Source of the DNA: Arthrobacter sp. FW305-BF8
GTDB lineage: Bacteria; Actinomycetota; Actinomycetes; Actinomycetales; Micrococcaceae
Assembly: GCF_021789315.1 (NCBI RefSeq)
Contig: NZ_CP084561.1
Coordinates: 744,927 to 776,926 of the forward strand
Direction of reading: 5' to 3'
Length of the DNA: 32,000 nucleotides
Positions 1 to 9,309 of the stretch are shown here, piece by piece. The translations under genes and the position numbers were made by a program. A model generated the notes under the pieces. It was not told where the DNA came from. It searched no databases and was given only the letters and a program-made list of their open reading frames with translations. Position 1 is the stretch's first letter; the number at the start of each line of letters is the position of its first letter.

Positions 1-1521
1 AGCGGGACCCAGCCAGCCCAAAGCGACGCCCCGAAGTCGTTCAGCAGGCCGGAGGGCGCCTCGCAGTTCCGGCCTTCCTACCACCTCACCCCCGCCAAGG
101 AGTGGATGAACGATCCGCAGCGTCCGTTCCTGCTGGACGGGGTGTGGCACTACTACTACCTCTACAACGCGGACCACCCCGAGGGGAACGGCACCGAATG
201 GTTCCACGTCACCAGCACCGACCTGGTGCACTGGAAGGACGAAGGCGTCGCCATCGAGAAGTTCAAGAACGGGCTCGGGGACATTGAGACCGGCAGCGCC
301 GTGGTAGACCAGGACAACACCGCCGGCTTCGGCAAGGGGGCCGTCGTCGCCGTCGTGACCCAGCAGGACAAAGGCGTGCAGCGGCAGTCCCTGTTCTACT
401 CCACGGACAAGGGCTACACGTTCAAGGCCGCGGACGGGAACCCGGTCATGGAGAACCCCGGCGCCCAGCACTGGCGCGACCCCAAAATCATCCGTGACGA
501 GGCCCGCGGACAGTGGGTCATGGCGTTGGCCGAGGGGGAGAAGATCGGCCTCTACACCTCACAGGAGCTCAAGGACTGGCGCTACGTGTCCGGCTTCGAA
601 CGGAAGGGCCTCGGGATCCTCGAATGCCCCGACCTCTTCCAGTTGGACCTCGACGGCGACCCCGCCAAACGCACCTGGGTCCTGGCCGCCAGCGCGAACG
701 GCACCGCGGAAGGCCGGACCACCGGCGTGGCCTACTGGACCGGGACCTTTGACGGCACCCGGTTCACACCGTCCAATGACAAACACCAGTGGCTCGACGC
801 CGGCGCCGACTTCTATGCCGCCGTCACCTGGGACGATCCCCGGCTCCCGGAAAACGAACGGATGGCGTCCCGCCACGCGATCGGCTGGATGAACAACTGG
901 ACGTATGCCCGGCAGTTGCCCACTACCGACTGGCAGGGCGGCGCCGACTCGATCGTGCGGGACATCCGGCTGAAGACCGTGCAGGGCCGGCCTACGCTGG
1001 TCTCCACCCCCACTCCCGCCCTGTCCGCGCTGGACGGCGAAGCCAAGACGGCAGGCAGCCAGGCGCTCACCCCGGGGGGCGCCGGCGAGCTTCCCGCGCC
1101 CGCCGGCGGCGCCTACCGGCTGGACGTGACCCTCGAACGTGCACCGGGCGACGACGGCACGGAAGCCCTGCTGAAACTGGGCAGCGGCGGCGCGGACTAC
1201 GCCACGGTGGGCTACAACTTCGAGGAAAGCACGGCGTGGGTGAGCCGGGCGGCGGTGGTACCCGGCGCGGAGGCCCTGGGCCCGCTCTTTACCGAGCGGA
1301 GGAGCGCCCAGAGCCCGCCCCGCAGTGGCAGCGTGAACCTGACCGTCTTCGTGGACTACTCCTCAGTGGAGGTCTTCGTGAACGGCGGCGAGCAGACCCT
1401 GACGTCGGTGGTGCTGCCGCGGTCCGGGCAGCCGGCGGTCAGCGCCGCCAGCCCCGGCGGGAAGCTGACGCTGAAGTCGTTCAGGTACACCCCGCTGGCC
1501 ACGGTGCTGGCGGCCCGCTAG
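1..1521 (+). CDS. Glycoside hydrolase family 32 (beta-fructofuranosidase/levanase type), 5' end cut by window edge
   Basis: Frame 1 is open from nt 1. The translation ...RPSYHLTPAKEWMNDPQRPFLLDGVWHYYYLYN contains the GH32 catalytic WMNDP box with its usual YH.TP context, so the ATG at 106 is internal. The downstream GH32 blocks WRDPKII (RDP) and ILECPDLF (EC) are present. Confidence 0.85.
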   Translation, partial: SGTQPAQSDAPKSFSRPEGASQFRPSYHLTPAKEWMNDPQRPFLLDGVWHYYYLYNADHPEGNGTEWFHVTSTDLVHWKDEGVAIEKFKNGLGDIETGSAVVDQDNTAGFGKGAVVAVVTQQDKGVQRQSLFYSTDKGYTFKAADGNPVMENPGAQHWRDPKIIRDEARGQWVMALAEGEKIGLYTSQELKDWRYVSGFERKGLGILECPDLFQLDLDGDPAKRTWVLAASANGTAEGRTTGVAYWTGTFDGTRFTPSNDKHQWLDAGADFYAAVTWDDPRLPENERMASRHAIGWMNNWTYARQLPTTDWQGGADSIVRDIRLKTVQGRPTLVSTPTPALSALDGEAKTAGSQALTPGGAGELPAPAGGAYRLDVTLERAPGDDGTEALLKLGSGGADYATVGYNFEESTAWVSRAAVVPGAEALGPLFTERRSAQSPPRSGSVNLTVFVDYSSVEVFVNGGEQTLTSVVLPRSGQPAVSAASPGGKLTLKSFRYTPLATVLAAR

Positions 1522-1560
1522 ACACGCCGGGACGGACGAATTCAGGCGCGGCGGCGGGCC

Positions 1561-1594
1561 AGACCGGACGGTGCGCCAGACCGGACGGTGCGCC
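1561..1594. repeat. Perfect 17-bp tandem duplication (agaccggacggtgcgcc x2) in convergent intergenic spacer
   Basis: Read directly from the sequence. It lies between the GH32 stop (1521) and the ABC ATPase stop (1625). Confidence 0.8.
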
Positions 1595-1624
1595 AGGTGG
1601 CGCCGGTCCAGACTAAGCCCAACG

Positions 1625-2788
1625 TCAGGCGGACTCGAGCGGGAACGCCACGGCTTCGCCCACCACGCGCAGGCAGAGTTCGGTGCCGGGCTGGGCGATG
1701 GACGCGTTCCAGTGCCGGATGGTGATCACCTCACCGCCGCCGGGATAGCGGTGGTCGGGCATGGCGCCGGCCAGCTTGGGCGGCACGGCGAGCTTGAGCC
1801 GCACGGTGGTCTCGGGGCCGAAGTAGTCGGTATCCACCACCACGCCGCGGATGGGCCCGTCCTCGGCAATGCGAATCTGCTCCGGACGCAGCATGAGCTG
1901 GACGCGGCCCTGCGCCGGCGGTCGGCGGACGGGGATCCCGCCCAGCGAGCAGGTGGCCAGTGAGCCCTCCATCCACGCATCGAGGATCACGGCGTCGCCC
2001 AGGAATTCGGCCGTGGCGCGGTCCGCCGGCCGGGTGTACACCACGAACGGGTTGCCGATCTGAGCCAGCTTGCCGCCCCGCATGACCGCCACCTGGTCCG
2101 CGAAGGACAGCGCCTCGGCCTGGTCGTGGGTGACCAGGATGGTGGTCACCCCGGCCTCGTTGAGAACCTTGGCCACCGCCCGCCGGGTGGCCACCCGGAG
2201 TCCGGCGTCCAGGGCGGAGAACGGCTCGTCCAGCAGCATGAGCTCGGGTTCCCGGGCCAGCGCCCGCGCCAGGGCGACGCGCTGCTGCTGCCCGCCGGAG
2301 AGCTGGTGCGGGCGGCGCTTGGCCATGGCCGTGTCCAGAGACACCATCTCGAGGAGTTCGTTGACCCGCGTGTTAACCGCGCGCCGGCCGCCGTCGAGCT
2401 TTGCCGCACTGAGCCCGAACGCGATGTTCTGCCCCACGGTCAGGTGCGGGAACAGGGCGCCGTCCTGGGCCACGTAGCCGACGTGGCGCTTGTGCGCCGG
2501 CTTCCACACGCCGTCGCCCGCCACCGGGGAACCGTTCAGCGAGATGCTGCCGGTGCCCGGGTGTTCAAAGCCGGCGATCAGCCGGAGCAGGGTGGTCTTG
2601 CCCGAACCCGAGGGGCCCACGATCGCGGTGGTTCCGCCCTTGGCGACGGACAGGTTCACGCCCTTGAGGACGGCCTGCGAGCCGAAGTTCTTGGTGACGG
2701 CCTCGATCTCCAGGTGGCTGTTGGTGCTTGGCGCCACGGACCGTGAGATCCGCGGTTCCGGAAGCCTGGACGGGGATTGTTCGGTCAC
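1625..2788 (-). CDS. ABC transporter ATP-binding protein, FbpC/PotA-like (Fe3+-type importer)
   Basis: Walker A GPSGSGKTT, signature LSGGQQQRVALARAL and Walker B LMLLDEPFSALD are present, followed by a C-terminal regulatory/TOBE-like extension. The GTG start overlaps the permease stop (GTGA). Confidence 0.85.
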   Translation of the reverse strand: MTEQSPSRLPEPRISRSVAPSTNSHLEIEAVTKNFGSQAVLKGVNLSVAKGGTTAIVGPSGSGKTTLLRLIAGFEHPGTGSISLNGSPVAGDGVWKPAHKRHVGYVAQDGALFPHLTVGQNIAFGLSAAKLDGGRRAVNTRVNELLEMVSLDTAMAKRRPHQLSGGQQQRVALARALAREPELMLLDEPFSALDAGLRVATRRAVAKVLNEAGVTTILVTHDQAEALSFADQVAVMRGGKLAQIGNPFVVYTRPADRATAEFLGDAVILDAWMEGSLATCSLGGIPVRRPPAQGRVQLMLRPEQIRIAEDGPIRGVVVDTDYFGPETTVRLKLAVPPKLAGAMPDHRYPGGGEVITIRHWNASIAQPGTELCLRVVGEAVAFPLESA

Positions 2789-4377
2789 TGTCCCGCTACT
2801 TTCTTGGACTGCTGGAAGAGCAAATAGGTCATGGGCGCCGAAATCACGATCATGAGCAGGGCGTACGGCGCGGCGCCGGCGTAGTCGATTTCGCTGCTCT
2901 TGCTCCAGAACTCGGTGGCCAGGGTCCGGGTCCCGTTGGGGGAGAGCAGCAGCGTGGCGGTCAGCTCGTTCGCGATGCCGAGGAAGACGAGCGCCGCCCC
3001 GCCGGCCGCAGCGGGGGCGGTGAGCCGGAGCGTCACGCGGATGAAGGACAGCAGCGGAGGCGTGCCCAGGGCCTGGGCCGCCTCATCCAGCTCCTTGGGT
3101 GCCTGGGCCAGGCCGGCGCGGATGTTGACCAGCGCGCGCGGCAGGAACAGGAGGATGTAGGCGGCCACCAGGACGCCGGCCGTCTGGTAGACGCCGGGGA
3201 CCAGCCGGATGCTGACGGTGACGAAGGCCAGGGCCACCACGATGCCCGGCATGGAGCTGGTGACGTAGTTGGACAGTTCGAGGGCCTTGCTGAACCAGCT
3301 GGCATGCCGGACGGCCAGGTACGCCATGGGGAAGGCGACAACGGTGGTGGCCGCGGCCCCGGCCAGCCCGTACAGCAGGGTCTGCCACAGCGCCGGAACG
3401 AATTCGTCAGCCGCCCAGATGTCAGCACCGCCGGCAATGATCCAGCGCAGCACGAACAGCAGCGGCAGCCCGAAGGCAAGCAGGGTCAGGCCGAGCAGGG
3501 CCAGCTGGGCCGGTACCTGGTAGGTGTGCAGGGGCAGGCGCAGGGCCTTGGCCTGCGCGCCGGAGCCCACGCGGGCGTACCGGGCGGTGCCGCGGCTGCG
3601 CACCTCCACCAGCAGCAGGAGGAGGCAAAAGAACACGAGCACGCTGGCCAGCATGGTGCCTGCGGCGCCGTTGAACGTGGACTGGTACTGCACCATGATG
3701 GCCGTGGTGAACGTGTCGAAGCGGATCATCGCGAATGCGCCGTACTCGGCCAGCAGGTGGAGCGCCACCAGCAGCCCGCCGCCAGTCATCGCGATTCGGA
3801 GCTGCGGCAGGACCACACGGAAAAACGCCCGCCAGGCCCCCAGGCCGAGGGACGCAGCCGACTGCTCCACGGCGGGATCCAGCCGGCTCAGCGTCGCAGC
3901 GGCGGGAATGTAGACCAGCGGGAAGTAGGAGAGCGTGGCGATGAGCACGCCGGAAAACAGCCCGTGCAGGGACGGCACAGCGGAAACCCACGCATAGCTG
4001 TTGACGAAGGCAGGGATGGCCAGCGGCGCCGCGAGCAGCACGGCCCACACCTTCTGGCCCCGCAGCGTGGTGCGTTCCACGAGCCACGCACCGCCCACGC
4101 CCAGGATGAGGCAGAGCGGCACGGTGAGCACAATCAGGATCACGGTGTTGAGCAGCAGTTCGCCGACGCGCGGGCGAACGATCAGTTCAAGGGCGGTGTC
4201 CCAGCCCGTGGCCACGGTCATTACCGCGACGTAGCCGAGGGGGACGAGTGCGAACAGGGCGATCAGCACCGCCATGACGCCTACCGCGGAAACGCCGAAA
4301 GGCGGGCGGGGGCGCTTGCCCCGGCCCGCCGTCGTCGTGCTTCCGGATGTCTCCGGCGCCGATACTTGCGTGGTCAC
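2785..4377 (-). CDS. ABC transporter permease, fused double-domain (FbpB-like)
   Basis: 530 aa and highly hydrophobic, with two repeated binding-protein-dependent permease halves. It sits between the SBP and ATPase genes on the same strand. Confidence 0.8.
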   Translation of the reverse strand: MTTQVSAPETSGSTTTAGRGKRPRPPFGVSAVGVMAVLIALFALVPLGYVAVMTVATGWDTALELIVRPRVGELLLNTVILIVLTVPLCLILGVGGAWLVERTTLRGQKVWAVLLAAPLAIPAFVNSYAWVSAVPSLHGLFSGVLIATLSYFPLVYIPAAATLSRLDPAVEQSAASLGLGAWRAFFRVVLPQLRIAMTGGGLLVALHLLAEYGAFAMIRFDTFTTAIMVQYQSTFNGAAGTMLASVLVFFCLLLLLVEVRSRGTARYARVGSGAQAKALRLPLHTYQVPAQLALLGLTLLAFGLPLLFVLRWIIAGGADIWAADEFVPALWQTLLYGLAGAAATTVVAFPMAYLAVRHASWFSKALELSNYVTSSMPGIVVALAFVTVSIRLVPGVYQTAGVLVAAYILLFLPRALVNIRAGLAQAPKELDEAAQALGTPPLLSFIRVTLRLTAPAAAGGAALVFLGIANELTATLLLSPNGTRTLATEFWSKSSEIDYAGAAPYALLMIVISAPMTYLLFQQSKKVAGQ

Positions 4378-4381
4378 AGAA

Positions 4382-5428
4382 TTAGAGCAGTCCTGCCTTG
4401 GTCATCAGCTCCGTGACCTTCTCGGAGTTCAGCTTGGCGGGGTCCACGGTGGGAGCCTGAAGTTCCTTGATGGGAACCAGCTTCTCGCTGGCGGGGACGC
4501 CCGAGGCGATGGCGTATTCGAAGGACGTGCCCTTCTGCAGGACTTCCTGGCCCTTCTTGCCAGTGATGAACTTCAGGAAGGCCTGGGCGTTCTCGGCGTT
4601 CTTCGAGGACTTCAGCACGCCGCCTCCGGAGACGGACAGGAACGCGCCCGGGTCCTGGTTCTTGAAGTAGTACGGCGTGACGTTCTTGGAATTCTCGCCG
4701 GTCTTCGCCTGGTCGCCGTAGTAGTAGTAGTGGTAGATCAGCGCGGCATCAACCTCGCCGGCGTTCACTGCCTTCATGGCGGTGCTGTTGCCCTTGTAGG
4801 CGGTGAAGTTTTCCTTCATGCCCTTCAGCCAAGCCTCGGCAGCGGCCTCGCCCTTGAGCTCAACGAGGGCGGAGACAATGGCCTGGAAGTCGGCGCCGCT
4901 CGGGGAGGCTGCCCACTTGCCCTTCCACTCCGGCTTGGCCAGGTCCAGCATGGACTTCGGCAGCTTGTCCTCGGAGATCTTCTTCTTGTCATAAACCAGG
5001 ACGGTGGAGCGGGCGGCAATGCCGGTCCACTTGTTGGTGCTGGGGCGGAACTCCGCCGGAACCTGGGCAACCGTGTCCTTGGCAACGTCGGCGAACAGGC
5101 CGGCGTTCTCCACCTGCGCCATTGCGGGGGAGTTCTCGGTGAGGAAGACGTCCGCCGGCGAGGCTGCGCCTTCCTGGACGATCTGGTTGGACATCTCGGT
5201 GTCGTCACCCTGGCGGAGCGTCACCTTGATGCCGGTTTCCGCGGTGAAAGCGTCCGCCCATTCCTTGGTGAGGCTTTCGTGCTGGGCGTTGTAGACCGTG
5301 ATCTCGCCCTTTGAGGCGTCAGCCGAGGACGTGGCGGCGGGGGAGGTGCTGGAGCCGCAGGCCGAGAGGCCAAGGGCTGCGGTGGCGGCGATCGCGATGC
5401 CGGCCAGCGCGTTAATGCGGATCTTCAT
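4382..5428 (-). CDS. Extracellular solute-binding lipoprotein, Fe(III)-type (FbpA/AfuA-like)
   Basis: Has a signal peptide plus lipobox (MKIRINALAGIAIAATAALGLSAC). It shows a family-1 SBP architecture similar to iron(III) ABC binding proteins and is the first gene of a 3-gene operon preceded by an IdeR/DtxR box. Confidence 0.75.
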   Translation of the reverse strand: MKIRINALAGIAIAATAALGLSACGSSTSPAATSSADASKGEITVYNAQHESLTKEWADAFTAETGIKVTLRQGDDTEMSNQIVQEGAASPADVFLTENSPAMAQVENAGLFADVAKDTVAQVPAEFRPSTNKWTGIAARSTVLVYDKKKISEDKLPKSMLDLAKPEWKGKWAASPSGADFQAIVSALVELKGEAAAEAWLKGMKENFTAYKGNSTAMKAVNAGEVDAALIYHYYYYGDQAKTGENSKNVTPYYFKNQDPGAFLSVSGGGVLKSSKNAENAQAFLKFITGKKGQEVLQKGTSFEYAIASGVPASEKLVPIKELQAPTVDPAKLNSEKVTELMTKAGLL

Positions 5429-5510
5429 CGGGGTGCTTCTTTCTGCAAAAGTCTCGTGGGCCAGGCCCGCCGTGAGCTGGGGAAGTTAGGTGAAGCTCAC
5501 TCGAAAAACT

Positions 5511-5529
5511 GTAGGTTAGCCAAACCTAA
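5511..5529 (-). promoter_or_regulatory. DtxR/IdeR-type iron box upstream of the Fe(III) ABC operon
   Basis: The minus strand reads TTAGGTTTGGCTAACCTAC. This matches 17 of 19 positions of the IdeR consensus TTAGGTTAGGCTAACCTAA. It lies 83-101 nt upstream of the SBP start codon in a locally AT-rich spacer. Confidence 0.7.
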
Positions 5530-5591
5530 GCACCAAGCGACAAAGGCCTTAAGTGATGAGGATCACATCAATTACGACACTGTTGAGTGTC

Positions 5592-6854
5592 CTAATTGGC
5601 ACCTAACCCGGAGTCCGCTGTTGCTGACGCCGCTGCCACTGACGCCGCCGCCTCCAGGGCCATCCAGGCCTGTAGCTGGGTGGAAAGTTCGACGGCGGCG
5701 CCCGGCGGATATGTGTCGCCCGCCGGCCGTCGGGGGGGTTCGAAGGAGAACACCGGTTCACCGGCCCGGCCGTGCCGGGCCAGCCGTTCGCCTGCAGCGA
5801 TCGGCCGGCGGCCGGCCCAGAGCGCCATGGCAGTGTCGGTGACCATCCCTGCTGCGGTGGTCCGGACGTCCTGCGGCAGCCGCCGATCGTTGGCGGCCAG
5901 CGCCAGGTAGCGGGTGAGGATGCCGGTGAACAGTCCGCCATCGCCGGTGCCGTCGCACCGGAGGACCAGGCTTGGCGCGGGACTGCCGGTGGCGTTGCCG
6001 GTGGTGCCTGGCAGGGTCAGGTGCGCGGCCACGGCGAACACCACGGTGGAAGCGCGTTCCAGATGGGCGGCGCCGCCGAGTTCCAGCAGGGCGCCGAGGA
6101 CGGGCCCCTGGTTGTAGGTGTAGATCGCCTCCTCCAGCGTGGTCTCCCCGGTGCTGCGAATTCGGATGCCGTCCAGGTAGAGCCCGCGCGTGGGGTCGAA
6201 CAGCCGCGCGTCCAGCCAGTCGAGCAGCGCCTGCGCCTTGGCGGTGTTGCCCGTGCGGGCATAGTAGAGCGCCACCGGTGCCGTGGCCGGGGTGTTCTTG
6301 AAGTCCCGCTTGGTGCTCCAGAACGTGCCGCCGCCCAGGTCGTCGGTGGAGGCCGAGTCGAACTGCAGCGTCAGGCTCTTGCGGATCTTTTCCTGCCGCC
6401 GGGTGCTGGGCCGGCGGCTCTCCTCGGCGAGCCGCTCCAGGCGGAGTGTGGACAGGGCCAGCCAGGCCATGTCGTCGTAGTAATGGTTGACGAACGTCAG
6501 GAAATTCCGCAGCCGGATGCCGGTGACCAGCCGCGAGGCGAGCTGGCCGGCGCTGGGCCGGGTGCCGCCGTCGAACTTTTCCGGCGGCCGCCCTGCCCTC
6601 CCGAGTTCGCGAAAACCCGCGTCCACGAGGCAGTCCAGGTAATGCGCCTGCCACCAGTAGTGCCACGGGCGGCGGAGGTTTTCGATGCGGCCGGAGGGGC
6701 GGACGGTGGCTGCGATGTGCGTCCCAGGCAGGAAGAACAGCCGCTGGCCGAACAGATGGGTCACCGACCGTGCGGCCTCGTCGGCCCGCTCTGCCCAGGC
6801 CATTGCGGGAGCGGGGGTGGCATTCGGGGTGGCGTCGGCATCTGGCTGGATCAT
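5592..6854 (-). CDS. Glycoside hydrolase family 76-like protein (putative alpha-1,6-mannanase fold)
   Basis: GH76-type blocks are present: WHYWWQAHYLDCLVD, YYDDMAWLAL, GGGTFWS, KNTPATAPVALYYARTGN, GLYLDGI, YTYNQGPVLGALLEL and GGLFTGILTRYL. No signal peptide is obvious. Confidence 0.7.
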   Translation of the reverse strand: MIQPDADATPNATPAPAMAWAERADEAARSVTHLFGQRLFFLPGTHIAATVRPSGRIENLRRPWHYWWQAHYLDCLVDAGFRELGRAGRPPEKFDGGTRPSAGQLASRLVTGIRLRNFLTFVNHYYDDMAWLALSTLRLERLAEESRRPSTRRQEKIRKSLTLQFDSASTDDLGGGTFWSTKRDFKNTPATAPVALYYARTGNTAKAQALLDWLDARLFDPTRGLYLDGIRIRSTGETTLEEAIYTYNQGPVLGALLELGGAAHLERASTVVFAVAAHLTLPGTTGNATGSPAPSLVLRCDGTGDGGLFTGILTRYLALAANDRRLPQDVRTTAAGMVTDTAMALWAGRRPIAAGERLARHGRAGEPVFSFEPPRRPAGDTYPPGAAVELSTQLQAWMALEAAASVAAASATADSGLGAN

Positions 6855-7055
6855 TCGGCCAGCCTAGCGAACCGCCCTCCTGGCAATCCGCCAGTGTGGC
6901 AATCGGCCAGTGCGGCAAGCTGGGGGGACGAACCGGGCGGCGCGGGGTTGGTGGTGCGGGGTGCATACGGCGCCCATTTCAGTTAACATTCACTAACTAA
7001 CGTTCGCGGCCGGGATCCGGACCCGCATCGACCGGTTCCGCATCAAGGAGGATGT

Positions 7056-7886
7056 ATGGAAATCGAGGGTTCCGTCGCGCTCATCACGGGCGGTGCATCC
7101 GGCCTGGGCGCCGCCACGGCCCGGCGGCTGTTCGACGCCGGCGCCTCTGTGGTTCTCGCCGACCTCGGCACCTCGGCCGGCGCCGCATACGCCGACGAGC
7201 TGAATGCTGCCGGCCCGCAGAACCCTGCAGGCACCGTTTCAGGCCGCGAGGTGGCAGCCCCCAAAGCGGTTTTCGTTCCGGCGGATGTGACCAGCGAGGA
7301 CCAGGTGCAGGCCGCTGTGGACGCCGCCGTCGGGCTGGGGCCACTGCGGATCGTGGTGAACTGCGCCGGCATCGCCACGCCGGGCAAGGTCCTGGGGCGC
7401 GACGGCGTGCTGCCGCTGGAGACCTTCCACCGTGTCATCCAGATCAACCTGGTGGGGACCTTCAACGTGGTTCGGCTGGCCGCCGCTGCGATGGCCGCCA
7501 CCGAGCCTGCTGTCACCGAGCTCGGCGGAGAGGAACGCGGCGTGATCATCAACACCGCCTCGGTGGCCGCGTTCGACGGGCAGATCGGCCAGCCTGCCTA
7601 CGCTGCATCCAAGGGCGGAGTGGCCGCCATGACCCTGCCCCTGGCCCGCGAACTCGCCCGGTCCCTCATCCGCGTGGTGACCATTGCGCCCGGAATTTTC
7701 GAGACCCCGATGATGGCCGGACTGCCGCAGGAGGCGCAGGAGTCACTGGGCCGGCAGGTGCCGCACCCGTCCCGGCTGGGGCGGCCCGCCGAGTATGCAA
7801 ACCTCGCCGCGCACATCGTAGAGAACGCCATGCTCAACGGCGAAACAATCCGCCTCGACGGCGCCATCCGGATGGGCCCGAAGTGA
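7056..7886 (+). CDS. Short-chain dehydrogenase, 3-hydroxyacyl-CoA / 3-hydroxy-2-methylbutyryl-CoA dehydrogenase type (HSD10-like)
   Basis: Contains the Rossmann motif [20 protein letters not shown], the catalytic region [23 protein letters not shown] and [15 protein letters not shown] strong RBS (AAGGAGG) lies 5 nt upstream of the ATG. Confidence 0.85.
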   Translation: MEIEGSVALITGGASGLGAATARRLFDAGASVVLADLGTSAGAAYADELNAAGPQNPAGTVSGREVAAPKAVFVPADVTSEDQVQAAVDAAVGLGPLRIVVNCAGIATPGKVLGRDGVLPLETFHRVIQINLVGTFNVVRLAAAAMAATEPAVTELGGEERGVIINTASVAAFDGQIGQPAYAASKGGVAAMTLPLARELARSLIRVVTIAPGIFETPMMAGLPQEAQESLGRQVPHPSRLGRPAEYANLAAHIVENAMLNGETIRLDGAIRMGPK

Positions 7887-9181
7887 CCGGAACTGGACTT
7901 CCCTCCACCGAAGTGACCGGAACCAAACCGGGCGGGGCCACCCGGGCGATATCCGCCGTCGACACCCTGCCCACCGCCGACTTTTTCGGCTACGAGTCCC
8001 TGCTCAGCGCCTCCGAACAGCGCAAGCTGGGCGAACTGCGGGAGTTCCTGGCCGCGGAGATCGCGCCGTTCGCGGGGGACTGGTGGAACAAGGCCGAATT
8101 TCCGGCGCACATCCTGCCCAAGCTGGCCGCCCTGGAGCTGAGCACCCCCGCCCAGCGCGGCTACAGCCACCTGTTCGCCGGGCTGGTGATCGCAGAGATG
8201 ACGCGCGTGGACACGTCGATCGCCACGTTTTTCCTGGTCCACCACGACCTCTTCGTCGAGTCGCTCTACCGGTTTGGCTCCGAGGACCAGCGGAACCGGT
8301 ACCTCAACGACGCCTCGAACCTGAGGACCACGGGCGCGTTTGCCCTGACCGAACCGGACCACGGCTCGGACGTCGCCGGCGGCATGGAGACGCGGGCGCG
8401 CCGGGTATCGGGCCGTACCGGCGAGGCCGACGGCGGCGGGGACTGTTGGGTGCTCAACGGCGCCAAGCGGTGGATCGGCAACGGGACGTTCTGCGACTAC
8501 ATGCTGGTGTGGGCGCGGGACGAGGCTGACGGCGCGGTCCGTGGCTTCATCGTGGACGCCAGCCTGCCCGGAGTGGGCCGCAGCCGGATTGAGAACAAAA
8601 TCGCGCTGCGCACCGTGCAGAACGCCGACATCGTTTTCGATAACGTGCGGGTTGCCGAGGCGGACCGATTTGCGGGCATCAGCAGTTTCGACGACACCAA
8701 CGAACTGCTCCGCGGATCACGCATTATGGTCGCGTGGCAGGCCGTGGGGCAGCAGCTGGCGGCGTTCGACGTCGCCCGGCAATACGCCGTCGAACGCCAG
8801 CAGTTCGGCCGGCCGCTGGCGAGGTTCCAGCTCATCCAGCAGCAGCTGGTGTCCATGCTGGGCAATGCCGTGGCGAGCATGGGCATGATGGCCCGGATCG
8901 CGCAGCTGCAGGAGGCCGGGCAGCTGCATGAGAGCGGGCAGCTGCAGGAGCAGGGCGTCGGCATGGCGCAGGTGGCGCTGGCCAAGTCGTACACGTCGGC
9001 GAGGATGCGCGAAACAGTGGCAATGGGAAGGTCCATTTTGGGCGGTAACGGCATCGTCACGGACTACCGGATGGCCAAGATCTTCGCCGACGCCGAGGCC
9101 ATCTACACCTACGAGGGCTCGTACGAGGTCAACACGCTGATCGTGGGCCGTGCAGTCACAGGGGTCTCCGCGATCGTCTAG
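7883..9181 (+). CDS. Acyl-CoA dehydrogenase (glutaryl-CoA dehydrogenase-like)
   Basis: ACAD blocks are present: [41 protein letters not shown] and [16 protein letters not shown]. The chosen GTG start at 7883 overlaps the SDR stop (GTGA). An equivalent GTG at 7913 lies in a duplicated 16-bp context, so the start is uncertain by 30 nt. The upstream part of ORF 7052..9181 is the SDR gene read out of frame. Confidence 0.8.
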   Translation: MTGTGLPSTEVTGTKPGGATRAISAVDTLPTADFFGYESLLSASEQRKLGELREFLAAEIAPFAGDWWNKAEFPAHILPKLAALELSTPAQRGYSHLFAGLVIAEMTRVDTSIATFFLVHHDLFVESLYRFGSEDQRNRYLNDASNLRTTGAFALTEPDHGSDVAGGMETRARRVSGRTGEADGGGDCWVLNGAKRWIGNGTFCDYMLVWARDEADGAVRGFIVDASLPGVGRSRIENKIALRTVQNADIVFDNVRVAEADRFAGISSFDDTNELLRGSRIMVAWQAVGQQLAAFDVARQYAVERQQFGRPLARFQLIQQQLVSMLGNAVASMGMMARIAQLQEAGQLHESGQLQEQGVGMAQVALAKSYTSARMRETVAMGRSILGGNGIVTDYRMAKIFADAEAIYTYEGSYEVNTLIVGRAVTGVSAIV

Positions 9182-9208
9182 GTGGCTTCATTCCCCGGCC
9201 CGGCTCCT

Positions 9209-9271
9209 GCGCGAACTGGCAGCTGATGACCTCAAATCTCCGTTTTGAGGGCATTACGTGCCAGTTCGCGC
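9209..9271. terminator. Nested hairpin between convergent genes (putative bidirectional terminator)
   Basis: A perfect 13-bp inverted repeat, gcgcgaactggca (9209-9221) and tgccagttcgcgc (9259-9271), encloses an inner 7-bp stem cctcaaa/tttgagg (9230-9236, 9244-9250). There is no U-tract. Confidence 0.45.
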
Positions 9272-9309
9272 TGGACGGGCGAGTTGAAGGTTCGCGCTAA
9301 AGGGGAGCC

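Noticed and set aside
6881-6920. Sigma-54 type TGGCA-containing promoter
   Set aside because: The TGGCA strings are part of a 16-bp tandem repeat, the GG-N10-GC spacing is not met, and actinobacteria are not known to use sigma-54.
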